A stretch of 64,000 bases of DNA, from positions 448,001 through 512,000 of the forward strand of contig CAWJKT010000004.1 in NCBI GenBank assembly GCA_963843375.1, given 5' to 3'. The notes below the pieces were generated by a model. It saw only the letters and a list, made by a program, of their open reading frames with translations, searched no databases and had not been told where the DNA came from. This stretch comes from an uncultured Pseudomonadota bacterium. Lineage in GTDB: Bacteria > Oederibacteriota > Muellerivitia > Muellerivitales > Muellerivitaceae. This document shows positions 1-9,306 of the stretch, piece by piece. The position numbers were made by a program, and so were the translations under genes. Position 1 is the first letter of the stretch, and the number at the start of each line of letters is the position of its first letter.

Positions 1-2
1 TT

Positions 3-122
3 CTCTTGATTCTCAAGAGCAAAGATCAACCGGGCACCAAGGCTTTGTGGTGCCTCTTAGTCATGGTGTTGCCCATTGTGGGACTCATCCTCTGGTATTT
101 CGCGGGTCCAAAGGGTAAGTAG
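3..122 (+). CDS. PLDc_N-type small membrane protein (5' partial, runs off window)
   Basis: Manual translation LLILKSKDQPGTKALWCLLVMVLPIVGLILWYFAGPKGK*; K.xW...v...P..G...Y..G pattern of PLD nuclease N-terminal-like proteins. Confidence 0.7.
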   Translation, partial: LLILKSKDQPGTKALWCLLVMVLPIVGLILWYFAGPKGK

Positions 123-134
123 AAAGAAGAATTT

Positions 135-371
135 ATGCCTCACTGGGAAATGAACCAATGGGTTGGAAATTGTAAAACCAATCAAACGGGAACAATCGCT
201 TCTGGCATCTTTAAAGGCGGCGGCGGGGACTTCAAGGGCTATCTCGTCGTTGTGGAAGATAACCGTTATGAAATTTGGGACGAATCCACATTGGTGTTGA
301 TCCCCCGGGAATCGGAAATAATCTCCGCGGTGATTCCGGTCCAGGCCGGGGCTCCGGAGAAAAAAACATGA
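135..371 (+). CDS. Hypothetical small protein, paralog of 746..955
   Basis: 78-aa ORF; shares VGNxKTNxxGTIAS and YEIWDESTLVLxP with 746..955; stop overlaps next ATG (ATGA). Confidence 0.7.
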   Translation: MPHWEMNQWVGNCKTNQTGTIASGIFKGGGGDFKGYLVVVEDNRYEIWDESTLVLIPRESEIISAVIPVQAGAPEKKT

Positions 372-589
372 TTGGTGAATCCCTACTTTTTTTCATCTTC
401 CTCGCCGACCTATGGGCCATCACCACCATTTTCAACAGCGGAGCGCCCCAGGGCTCCAAAGTCTTTTGGTGCCTGCTGGTCTTTTTGCTTCCGGTTCTTG
501 GATTCATAATTTCGTATCTGGCCGGCCCCGAAGACAAGTCCCTCCTGAACGGATTTAAAAAATCCATTCCTGAAAAACAGGTAAGATGA
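368..589 (+). CDS. PLDc_N-type small membrane protein
   Basis: MIGESLLFFIFLADLWAITTIFNSGAPQGSKVFWCLLVFLLPVLGFIISYLAGP; translationally coupled to the upstream ORF. Confidence 0.75.
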   Translation: MIGESLLFFIFLADLWAITTIFNSGAPQGSKVFWCLLVFLLPVLGFIISYLAGPEDKSLLNGFKKSIPEKQVR

Positions 590-600
590 CAGGAGGTTTG

Positions 601-704
601 AACCACGAAGACACGAGGGGCACGAAGAATAGCAAGAGACATCATTTAAGGTAACGCCATTCATCCCGGGCTTGTTTTTGAATTTCTTAGTGCCCTTCCT
701 GGTT
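601..704. repeat. Imperfect inverted repeat, REP/MITE-like element
   Basis: Left arm aaccacgaagacacgaggggcacgaagaa (601-629) pairs with right arm ttcttagtgcccttcctggtt (684-704). Confidence 0.45.
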
Positions 705-745
705 AATCGCTTATGTTTGGGCTCTAAATAAAAAAGGAGGATTTT

Positions 746-955
746 ATGGAACAATTTAAAATAAGGCAAAATGTCGGGAATTTCAAAACCAACAAGGTAG
801 GGACCATCGCATCCGAGTCCCTTAAGGGGGCTTGCGGTGATTTCACAGGTTTTCTCATACGCCTGAAAAACAAAAGTTATGAAATTTGGGACGAGTCCAC
901 CCTGGTACTTCTTCCCAGCCGATTCGGGAAAAATACCCGCTCCGCCCGGGCTTAA
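746..955 (+). CDS. Hypothetical small protein, paralog of 135..371
   Basis: AAGGAGG RBS upstream; motif identity to 135..371. Confidence 0.75.
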   Translation: MEQFKIRQNVGNFKTNKVGTIASESLKGACGDFTGFLIRLKNKSYEIWDESTLVLLPSRFGKNTRSARA

Positions 956-1024
956 GAACCCGGTTGAGAGCGGATCAACGTGGATTGACGGCTGGAAGAT
1001 ATCGAGTTGAACAGGAGGCTTTTT

Positions 1025-1315
1025 ATGGGAGAGCAAAGGGAAGCTTACATTGAAAAGTTCAAATTAAAACTGGACGAGTGGAATTCAGAAATCGATAAGC
1101 TGCAAGCGAAGACCAAGGGTACGCACGATCTGGCCCTTGTTTCGTATAACAAACAAATCGAAGCTTTAATAGTCAAGCGGGACCACTTGAAGGGAAAGAT
1201 GGCAAAGCTCCACACTCGGGGCGAAGCCGCCTGGGAAGATTTGAGGGATGGCATCGGGACCGCTTGGAAGAACTTGGGCGATTCAATCGAAGATGCCAAA
1301 ACCCGTTTTAAGTAA
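1025..1315 (+). CDS. sll1863-like coiled-coil stress protein
   Basis: CAGGAGG RBS; REAYIEKFKLKLDEWNSEIDKLQAK...AWEDLRDG...AW pattern; paralog at 4441..4731. Confidence 0.75.
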   Translation: MGEQREAYIEKFKLKLDEWNSEIDKLQAKTKGTHDLALVSYNKQIEALIVKRDHLKGKMAKLHTRGEAAWEDLRDGIGTAWKNLGDSIEDAKTRFK

Positions 1316-1599
1316 GCAAGTGACGGTGCCATGACGAACACTACCCGCGGGATCCGGAACCAGGAACCAACAATAACTTCACGCCCTATTGACGGGGGGC
1401 GCATCGGGACTGGTGTTTTGTCCTTGGTTTTCCTGAGGCATGTGGCCAGGAGACTTTGCGTGCCATTCCTGAACCCATCTTTACGGCCCCATAGATAGGC
1501 CTCCCACTTGTGGATACCGGTTCTAAATAAGCGAATAAAACGTACCTTAAGACCCACATAAGTTGCATTTTTCCGGGAAAAAATAAACCAGCCTTTGGG

Positions 1600-1919
1600 T
1601 TAAACCTTCTTCAAATCGACTAGTTTATTTTCCGGGCGTTTCGGCGGATCATTCGCCGGACGAGTGCCAACGGCGGATTGTTTTTGGCCAGGGGCCCATT
1701 CGGTGTTGATCTTGGCATATTCCGGATTCTCATCTGCGCTTTCTACGATGGCACCGATAGGGCAGGCAAACAGCTGCTGCAATCGGAGCACTCACTGGGG
1801 TTAATAATCATGAAGGCTTGAATCTTATATTGTCCGGGATGAATGCAATTCATCGGACAAACTTCGACGCAATTCGCGTAAACCTCACTCAGGCGTTTAT
1901 CGGTAATGACATAGGGCAT
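1600..1919 (-). pseudogene. Ferredoxin (7Fe/dicluster type), frameshifted
   Basis: AGAGGAG RBS; MPYVITDKRLSEVYANCVEVCPMNCIHPG...INPSECSDCSSCLP, frameshift near 1765, then CPIGAIVES; first expected Cys is CGC (Arg). Confidence 0.75.
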
Positions 1920-2186
1920 GACTCCTCTTTTTTCTATCCGAACTTCCTTTCCCGGGATGAGCTTGGTAATTTCTGAATTTTTTGAACTTAATCGAGTTTA
2001 TAAGTCGAAGACTTTTTTTCAAAAGACCCCGCTTGACATTAATTGGAATTATTTTTTTATTGAAACGATGGGATCAAAATGAGAGTCGGAGCAATCATTT
2101 TGAAAGCGGGGCTGTGACCGCGAACCAGATAGTTTTCCTTATGCCCCACAAAACAAGGCCTCGAGAGGTTGAGATCGAAGCGATTA

Positions 2187-2202
2187 GGGCATGTTCCTTG
2201 CT
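2187..2202 (+). promoter_or_regulatory. Putative sigma54 (-24/-12) promoter
   Basis: gGGcatgttccttGCt, GG-N10-GC with TTGC box, ~70 bp upstream of ATG 2269; near-identical copy at 9291. Confidence 0.55.
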
Positions 2203-2268
2203 TTAACCTCTCTTCTATTTCATGAGTCATCGTGGAATTCAAACTCAAAATTCTTAGGGAGGTTGTAC

Positions 2269-3036
2269 ATGAAGAAATTGGTTTTGCTGGCCGTTGTTCT
2301 GTTTGTCGCGAGTAGCATGGATTTAGTCTTCGCCCAAACCACCGGAACGAATTCCAAGTCGGTTAAAAAAGAAGCGCACCGCAGAATCGTCAAACTGAAG
2401 GACCGAATCGGTAATCAACGCGAAAGGATCGACCAGGGCCTCGAAGCCAACACCCTGACAGCGGATCAAGCCCAGGCCAGCCGGGATGTTTTGGATAAGG
2501 TCGTGAAGCAGATGAAAGATGAGCGCGCGGCCAACGGTTCGAAGAAAGTCATGAAGAAAGAACAATATGACGCCTATAACACCTTGCTTGACGCAAATTC
2601 TAACGGCATCAATGAAGAGAAACAGTATTTCTATTACTACGGCCCCTATGTCGATTACGGCGCCGATTACAGTTATTACTACGACCCTTACACGGTTGAA
2701 GGGGCTCCCACTCCGTCCATGACCGCGTTGGAAGAGACGCATCCGCGGATTTTTGAACTGAAGGAACGAATCCAGGGCCAACGCGAACGCATCGACAAGG
2801 AGTTGACCGCCAACACGCTAACAGAGGATCAAGCCAAGGGATGTCGGGATGTTCTGGCGTCCGTCGAGAATCAGATAAAAATGGATTATAAGGCAAATGG
2901 TTCTATGAAAATGACGAAGGAACAATATCTCGCCTATAACGCGACGCTGGATGTGAATTCGTCGATCATTCACGAGGGAAAACAATATTATTACTATTAC
3001 GGTCCTTACTACGATCAATACCAATATTGGGATTGA
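2269..3036 (+). CDS. Secreted protein with two internal helical repeats and Tyr-rich tails
   Basis: GGGAGG RBS; signal peptide MKKLVLLAVVLFVASSMDLVFA; two copies of RI..LK.RI..QRERID..L.ANTLT.DQA...KEQY.AYN..LD.NS..I.E.KQY.YYYGPY. Confidence 0.85.
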   Translation: MKKLVLLAVVLFVASSMDLVFAQTTGTNSKSVKKEAHRRIVKLKDRIGNQRERIDQGLEANTLTADQAQASRDVLDKVVKQMKDERAANGSKKVMKKEQYDAYNTLLDANSNGINEEKQYFYYYGPYVDYGADYSYYYDPYTVEGAPTPSMTALEETHPRIFELKERIQGQRERIDKELTANTLTEDQAKGCRDVLASVENQIKMDYKANGSMKMTKEQYLAYNATLDVNSSIIHEGKQYYYYYGPYYDQYQYWD

Positions 3037-3190
3037 GGGACATTTGTTTTGACTTTTTAAGTCCTGTTCGAAAACCTTGCTTTTAAAGTGATAAAAGGAT
3101 CGGTGCGTCTCTTAAATTACTACGGCCGGTCCTTTTGTCTTTAGGGCCTTAAAAGACGAGATCTGGAATATTTTCTTAAAGGAGAAATTC

Positions 3191-3583
3191 ATGTTAATCG
3201 CTGAATTGTTGTTCGCTCTTTTCTTTAGCTGGATTGTCGTTGGGATCATTTCATTCGCTTTTGGCACAAAGGGCCCTTGGGATAATTTTCTTTGGTTTTT
3301 TCTAGTCGTGGGCCTTTTCGCGTGGGTTGGCGGCGTATGGCTGAGGCCTTTTGGACCCTTATGGATGGGGATAGGCTGGTTGCCCATTATTTTCGCGGGA
3401 CTCTTTGTCGCGATGTTGCTCACGGCGGCCAGTCCCCGGGACCACCGCAAGCGCCTGGCGGCTAAAGGACAGACAGCCGACGATGAAACGAGATCGGCCG
3501 TCAACGTCTTTTTTTGGGTGTTAATTGTTTGTTTATTGTTTTTTGGGATGGGTCACCACTATTGGTATCCCGTGGCCGGTTGA
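3191..3583 (+). CDS. Hypothetical membrane protein (about 4 TM segments)
   Basis: AAGGAG RBS; four hydrophobic segments. Confidence 0.75.
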   Translation: MLIAELLFALFFSWIVVGIISFAFGTKGPWDNFLWFFLVVGLFAWVGGVWLRPFGPLWMGIGWLPIIFAGLFVAMLLTAASPRDHRKRLAAKGQTADDETRSAVNVFFWVLIVCLLFFGMGHHYWYPVAG

Positions 3584-3667
3584 AACTGTTTTAAAAACGG
3601 GATCGGGAAACAAACTTTATTAAAACCAAGTTCATCTCGATTCACTTTTTAATCTTAAGGAGGATTC

Positions 3668-4339
3668 ATGGGTAAGGGTGATTTCGTCAATAATCTGCAG
3701 GAAATCCGCAAAAGAGCCAGGGAACACATACAGGAAGGTGCCGTAACGGAAGGCTATCGCGCCAACCGAGAAGTCGTCATCAAAATTTTGAACGAGGCCC
3801 TCGCCACCGAAATCATTTGTGTCCTGCGCTACAAGAGACATTTTTATATGGCCCAGGGAATCGACGCATCGAACGCCGCCCAAGAGTTTCTCCAGCACGC
3901 GACGGAAGAACAAGGGCATGCCGATGAAATATCCCTTCGCATCACCCAACTAGGGGGTGCCCCCGATTACAGCCCTGTGAGACTCGTCGACCGAAGTCAT
4001 TCCGAATATGTGGAGGGGAACGGTCTGATCGAAATGATCCGGGAGGACTTGGTGGCGGAAAGAATCGCCATCGATTCCTATACGGACATGATCCGCTACG
4101 TGGGTGATGACGATGTTACCACCCGTCGGATGTTGGAAAACATTCTTGGGGTGGAAGAAGAACATGCCAATGACATGGCCACTTTGTTGGAAAAAATGAA
4201 CCCGGGTATTTCCCGTGAAATTGTTTCCCCGGTGACTGAGTTTTATTCCCGGAGCAAAACGCGAAAGGCTGGCGTTACCGTTTTGGATGTTTCCCGGAAG
4301 AATGCTTTACCTCAAAAAAAGATGAAGAAAACCAAATGA
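3668..4339 (+). CDS. Ferritin-like / bacterioferritin-family protein with basic C-terminal tail
   Basis: LNEALATE..C.LRYKRH, EEQGHAD, EDLVAERIAIDSY and EEEHA diiron-type motifs; AAGGAGG RBS. Confidence 0.9.
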   Translation: MGKGDFVNNLQEIRKRAREHIQEGAVTEGYRANREVVIKILNEALATEIICVLRYKRHFYMAQGIDASNAAQEFLQHATEEQGHADEISLRITQLGGAPDYSPVRLVDRSHSEYVEGNGLIEMIREDLVAERIAIDSYTDMIRYVGDDDVTTRRMLENILGVEEEHANDMATLLEKMNPGISREIVSPVTEFYSRSKTRKAGVTVLDVSRKNALPQKKMKKTK

Positions 4340-4440
4340 GTCTCGTTGATCCAGGCCAGACGAATCCAACGTTCTACAAAACCCGGTTCTCTTGCCTGCC
4401 TTGGGTAAGAACAATTTAACATCCAAAGGAGGTTGCCGTC

Positions 4441-4731
4441 ATGGGTGAGGAAAGGGACGCATACGTTGAGAAATTGAAGGCGGAGATTGTGAAATGGAAT
4501 GTCAAAATCGAGGAATTTCAAGCCAAGACGGAACAGGCCAAAGCGGAAGCCCAAGGGCAATATCAAAATCAAATCGAAGAACTAAAGGAAAAACGATTCA
4601 AACTCCAGGAAAAATTGGAACTGTTGCAAGAAGTCAGCGAAACGGTTTGGGAGGAAATGAAAGCCGGCCTAGACACCGCCTTTTACGCCTTGGACGAATC
4701 GGTTGTGACGGCCAAGTCAAAGTTCAATTGA
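4441..4731 (+). CDS. sll1863-like coiled-coil stress protein
   Basis: AAGGAGG RBS; RDAYVEKLKAEIVKWNVKIEEFQAK...WEEMKAGLD; paralog of 1025..1315. Confidence 0.8.
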   Translation: MGEERDAYVEKLKAEIVKWNVKIEEFQAKTEQAKAEAQGQYQNQIEELKEKRFKLQEKLELLQEVSETVWEEMKAGLDTAFYALDESVVTAKSKFN

Positions 4732-4768
4732 CCGGCTACTCCTCCAGATTACCACCCAAGAAGTTAGG

Positions 4769-5266
4769 TTGGAAGGAATGATTGTGAAACCTAACATGGT
4801 GGTCCCGGGGTTGGCTTGTTCCTGGCAGGAGGACTTTGATGAGGTGGCCGACGTTACGGTGGAATGCCTTTTACGGACGATTCCTGCCGCCGTACCGGGG
4901 ATCGTATTCTTTTCAGGCGGCCAAAACCCTGAACTAGTTTCTACCCGTTTGAACGCCATGAATGTCAGGTTCAAATCACAGATTCCTTGGGCCCTGTCCT
5001 TTTCCTTCGCCCGGGCTCCCCAACAACCGGCTTTGGAGATTTGGCGGGGCGATGAGGATCACTTGTTGTCGGCCCAGGGAGCCCTTTGTCACCGGGCCAT
5101 GTGCAACCGGGCTGCCCGTCGCGGTGAATATGATGACGCGATCGAAAGTGCATGGTCATTACCGCCGGTAGCCCTCAACCGGCGTGAATCGCTTTATAGC
5201 CAAGACGGGAAAATACCCGCGACGGAATCAAAATTTTTACAAACCTTCCCGGAGGAAAAAGGATGA
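4769..5266 (+). pseudogene. Class I fructose-bisphosphate aldolase, C-terminal fragment
   Basis: LEGMIVKPNMVVPG (Schiff-base Lys motif), PAAVPGIVFFSGGQ, PWALSFSFARA.Q; N-terminal half absent. Confidence 0.85.
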
Positions 5267-6687
5267 AGAGCTCACAAATACAATTTCATGAAATCGGCAT
5301 GGTCGGGCTGGGCGTCATGGGGCGCAATCTGGTGCTGAACATGGCCGACCAGGGTTTTTCAGTGGCGGGTTATGACAAGGACCGGACCCAAGCCGAGGCT
5401 CTTCGTAAGGAATCAGGCGAACGCCAAGTCGGCGTCGCGGCGGATATACCCGGGTTCATCGCAATGCTTCGCCGACCCCGAGCCATCATGATGTTGGTAC
5501 CCGCCGGGGCTCCCGTGGATTCGGTGATCAAGGACTTGTTGCCGTACCTGGACAAGGGCGACCTGCTAATCGACGCGGGTAATTCCCATTTTAGAGATAC
5601 GGATATGCGTGCCAAAACTTTGACGGACGAAGGCATCTCATTCCTCGGCGTGGGTGTTTCGGGTGGGGAGGAAGGGGCGCGTCACGGTCCGAGCATCATG
5701 CCCGGTGGGCCAAAGGAGGCTTACGAAAGGGTCAGGCCCATCCTGGAAGCCGCCTCTGCAAAGGTCGACGGCGATCCCTGTGTGACCTGGCTGGGTCCGG
5801 GATCGGCGGGGCATTTCGTAAAGATGGTCCATAACGGTATCGAGTACGGCATCATGCAATTGACTGCCGAAATCTATGACTTGATGAAAAGGGGCGGGGG
5901 CCTAAATGACGACGAAATCCAAGATGCTTTCGCCTCATGGAACAAGGGCGAACTTAACGGCTATCTGGTGGAAATCTCTGGTCAAATTTTTTCAAAAAAA
6001 GACCAGAAGACCGGAAAACGACTGATAGACGAAATTCTTGATGTGGCTAGACAGAATGGCACCGGCTTGTGGACCTCGCAAAGCGCTATGGAATTAAAAG
6101 TTCCAACCCCCACTATCGACTTGGCGGTTGCCATGCGGGATTTCTCCTTGCTTTCAAAGGAAAGGGAACGGGCGGGAGTGATTTATCAGCGGCCTTTGCG
6201 GCATTTCAACTGCGACCGCGAAACTTTGCTTGCGCAACTGGGTGGCGGACTTTTTACCGGGATGATAACCGTTTATGCACAAGGGTTGGCGATTTTGTCC
6301 GTGGCTTCCAGAAAGTACGAGTACCAGCTCGACCTGGAAGCGGTGGCACGCATCTGGCGGGGCGGCTGCATCATCCGTTCCGCCTCGCTTGAAGATATTC
6401 GGGCGGCGTTTAAGACGGAACGGGACCTGCCGAATTTGCTGCTGGATCCCAAGCTGTCGCGCAAGGTAATGGGACGGCAGGAGAATTTGCGCTTGGTGGT
6501 TAACTGGGCGGCTGAATCGGGTGTGCCGGCCCCCGGCTTGATGGTTTCCTTAGGCTATCTTGACACTTATCGCAGCGCTTGGCTTCCAGACAATCTTATT
6601 CAGGCCCAGCGCGATTATTTCGGCGCCCATACTTATGAGCGCATTGATTCGAAAGGGACTTTTCACACCGAATGGGAAAAAAAATGA
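5263..6687 (+). CDS. gnd: 6-phosphogluconate dehydrogenase, decarboxylating
   Basis: IGMVGLGVMGRNL, GHFVKMVHNGIEYG, IWRGGCIIRS, LIQAQRDYFGAHTYER; intact 474 aa. Confidence 0.97.
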   Translation: MKSSQIQFHEIGMVGLGVMGRNLVLNMADQGFSVAGYDKDRTQAEALRKESGERQVGVAADIPGFIAMLRRPRAIMMLVPAGAPVDSVIKDLLPYLDKGDLLIDAGNSHFRDTDMRAKTLTDEGISFLGVGVSGGEEGARHGPSIMPGGPKEAYERVRPILEAASAKVDGDPCVTWLGPGSAGHFVKMVHNGIEYGIMQLTAEIYDLMKRGGGLNDDEIQDAFASWNKGELNGYLVEISGQIFSKKDQKTGKRLIDEILDVARQNGTGLWTSQSAMELKVPTPTIDLAVAMRDFSLLSKERERAGVIYQRPLRHFNCDRETLLAQLGGGLFTGMITVYAQGLAILSVASRKYEYQLDLEAVARIWRGGCIIRSASLEDIRAAFKTERDLPNLLLDPKLSRKVMGRQENLRLVVNWAAESGVPAPGLMVSLGYLDTYRSAWLPDNLIQAQRDYFGAHTYERIDSKGTFHTEWEKK

Positions 6688-8183
6688 AAACAAAGCACCC
6701 TCTCGAACCGACTCTAGTCGTGATTTTCGGTGGGGCGGGTGACTTGACTTGGCGCAAGTTGATCCCGTCTTTGTTCGATTTGTACCGGGACGGGCGTATG
6801 CCGGAAAAATTCTCGATTATTGCCATGGATCGTGTCCCATTCGGTAATGAACCGCTACGCAAAAGGTTTCTCGTCGGTGTGAACCGCTTCTCGTCGAAAG
6901 GGAAAGTGAAAAACGGGGACTGGAAAAGTTTCGCCGGGAACATTACCTATCAAGCCGGGGATTTCAAGGACCCGGCCTCTTACATAACTTTGGGCAAAAG
7001 CTGTGAAAAGCTGGAGAGAGATTGGAAGGCGAAAGCCAGCCGTATCTTTCACCTGGCTACCCCTCCGGCGATGTTCGGAGTGATTCCCAAAATGCTGGCT
7101 GACGCAGGACTGAACCTCGACCGTGCCCACGCCCGAATTGTTGTGGAAAAACCGATTGGCCATGACCTGGATTCGGCCCGGGAACTGAACCGCCTCCTCA
7201 CCGAAAGCTTCCAGGAGTCGCAAATTTACCGCATCGACCATTACTTGGGAAAGGAGACGGTGCAAAACATTCTAGCTTTCCGATTCGCCAATCCCCTTTT
7301 TGAACCGATTTGGAACCGGCGTTACGTGGACTACGTCACCATAACGGTGGCGGAAGAGGTAGGGGTCGGACATCGGGGCGGTTATTACGACCAAGCGGGG
7401 GCCTTGCGGGATATGGTGCAGAACCACTTGATGCAGTTGTTCTGCCTAGTGGCAATGGAGCCGATGGTTTCCTTCAACGCCGACGAAATCCGCAACAAAA
7501 AGGTGGATGTTCTCCACGCCGTGCGGCCAATCCACCGGGGCGCGATCAAGCAGTCCGCTGTGCGAGGGCAGTACGGCCCGGGCCGCCTTGTCGGTAAGAA
7601 AACGCCTGGTTACCGCCAGGAAAAGGACGTATCCCCCCGATCCAAAACCGAAACCTATGCGGCGTTAAAGTTATTCGTGGACAACTGGCGCTGGCAGGGA
7701 GTGCCCTTCTACCTTCGTACGGGCAAGCGTCTTGTCAAGCAGGTTTCGGAAGTGGCCATCCAATTTCGGTCGGTACCCCATGAGTCGTTCCCGGATGAGT
7801 CCCGGGACGATTGGAACCCATCTCGGCTCGTGCTGTCGATCCAACCCCAGGAGGGTATCGTCATGGGCTTTCAGGCAAAGGTGCCGGGGCCCCGGATGTT
7901 GCTCAGGCCGGTCGAAATGCGGTTCAACTACCAGGATAGTTTTTCGGTGCCCTCTCCGGACGCCTATGAAACCCTGCTCTCGGATGTGATCAACCATGAT
8001 CCCACCTTGTTCATGCGAACCGATCAGGTCGAAGCCGCGTGGCAAATCATGATGCCGGTCTTGAAGGCCTGGGCGGAATCGAATCCTGGTGATTTTCCCA
8101 ACTATACCGCCGGCAGTTGGGGACCCCAGGCGGCAGATGAATTGCTCGCTCGCGAAGGGCATTCTTGGAGGCCAATCAATTGA
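6684..8183 (+). CDS. zwf: Glucose-6-phosphate 1-dehydrogenase
   Basis: IFGGAGDLTWRKL, RIDHYLGKETVQN, GVPFYLRTGKRL; ATGA overlap with gnd. Confidence 0.97.
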   Translation: MKTKHPLEPTLVVIFGGAGDLTWRKLIPSLFDLYRDGRMPEKFSIIAMDRVPFGNEPLRKRFLVGVNRFSSKGKVKNGDWKSFAGNITYQAGDFKDPASYITLGKSCEKLERDWKAKASRIFHLATPPAMFGVIPKMLADAGLNLDRAHARIVVEKPIGHDLDSARELNRLLTESFQESQIYRIDHYLGKETVQNILAFRFANPLFEPIWNRRYVDYVTITVAEEVGVGHRGGYYDQAGALRDMVQNHLMQLFCLVAMEPMVSFNADEIRNKKVDVLHAVRPIHRGAIKQSAVRGQYGPGRLVGKKTPGYRQEKDVSPRSKTETYAALKLFVDNWRWQGVPFYLRTGKRLVKQVSEVAIQFRSVPHESFPDESRDDWNPSRLVLSIQPQEGIVMGFQAKVPGPRMLLRPVEMRFNYQDSFSVPSPDAYETLLSDVINHDPTLFMRTDQVEAAWQIMMPVLKAWAESNPGDFPNYTAGSWGPQAADELLAREGHSWRPIN

Positions 8184-8865
8184 GAATCCTGGTACTGGAT
8201 GTGGGTGGAACGCATGTGAAAATACTGGCAACGGGTCATCGGCAGCGAGTCGAATTTTCCTCTGGCCCTAAAATGACGCCCGCGAAAATGGTGCCGCAGT
8301 GAAAGAAGCAACGGCTGGTTGGAAGTATGACGCCGTTTCGATCGGTTATCCCGGTCCCGTCGTCCATGGTCGTCCCATCGTGGAGCCAAAACATCTTGGG
8401 GCCAGCTGGATGGGATTTGACTTTAAAAAAGCCTTCGGACATTCGGTCAAAATTGCCAATGACGCAGCCATGCAGGCCCTGGGTAGTTACCAGGGCGGAC
8501 GGATGCTTTTTCTTGGATTGGGCACGGGCCTTGGGTCCGCGATGATCGTGGACCATGTCTTGGAACCGATGGAACTTGCCCATTTGCCTTATCAAAAGGG
8601 ACGGACCTTTGAGGACTATATCGGACTGACGGGATTGGAACGACTGGGGAAAAAGAAATGGCGCCACCAGGTGAACAAAATCATCCAACTCCTTCAGAAA
8701 GCGGTGCAGGCCGATTATGTCGTGCTCGGGGGAGGCAACGCCCGATTACTCAAGAAGCTTCCCCCAGGGGGGCGTCTTGGGGACAACTCTAACGCTTTCC
8801 AAGGCGGATATCGACTTTGGAGCAAGCTTTATAACGGCCCAACCCACAAACGATTCTTAAATTAA
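8180..8865 (+). CDS. ROK-family sugar kinase (polyphosphate glucokinase-like), one frameshift near 8295
   Basis: TTG start MRILVLDVGGTHVK, then SIGYPGPV, NDAAMQALG, LGLGTGLGSA, ELAHL in the next frame. Confidence 0.85.
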
Positions 8866-8888
8866 CTCATGAAAAAGAAAACATAGCC

Positions 8889-9165
8889 ATGAATCCAATT
8901 GACAACTTCGCCGCATTCGGCGCGCCTGGAATCGAGCCACGGTGGTCCTCCAGCGCAAAGGAAGGACTAGGTACCTCTTATCACACCAACTGACGGGCCT
9001 GGTTCACGCTTAGCCACGGCATCGTCGATGAAATCTACTTTCCAACCGTCGACCAGCCGAACACGCGTGATTTCCAGTTCCTGATTAGCGATGGCAAAAC
9101 CTTCTGACACGAGGAAAAGCACGACCTTGACCACCGGGTTGAATATCCCGAAAAGGACTCGGTTG
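8889..9165 (+). pseudogene. Glucoamylase (GH15, bacterial type) N-terminal remnant
   Basis: AFGAPGIEPRWSSSAKEGLGTSYHTN*RAWFTLSHGIVDEIYFPTVDQPNTRDFQFLISDGKTF*HEEK; two in-frame TGA, similarity ends near 9165. Confidence 0.8.
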
Positions 9166-9290
9166 ACTTGGAAAAAGTATCGAAACGAGAGTCCGAAAAT
9201 CATTTTGATCGTAAAGATTCTCTGAAAAACTGATTCGATTATTTTCCACTGGAAAACAGGGTTTTGCTGTTTCATTCCTTTAGTATTCAA

Positions 9291-9306
9291 TGGCATCTTC
9301 CTTGCT
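9291..9306 (+). promoter_or_regulatory. Putative sigma54 (-24/-12) promoter
   Basis: tGGcatcttccttGCt, GG-N10-GC. Confidence 0.55.

Noticed and set aside
8889..9165. Genome-wide UGA reassignment in segment A
   Set aside because: TGA terminates gnd, zwf and other intact genes at the expected positions
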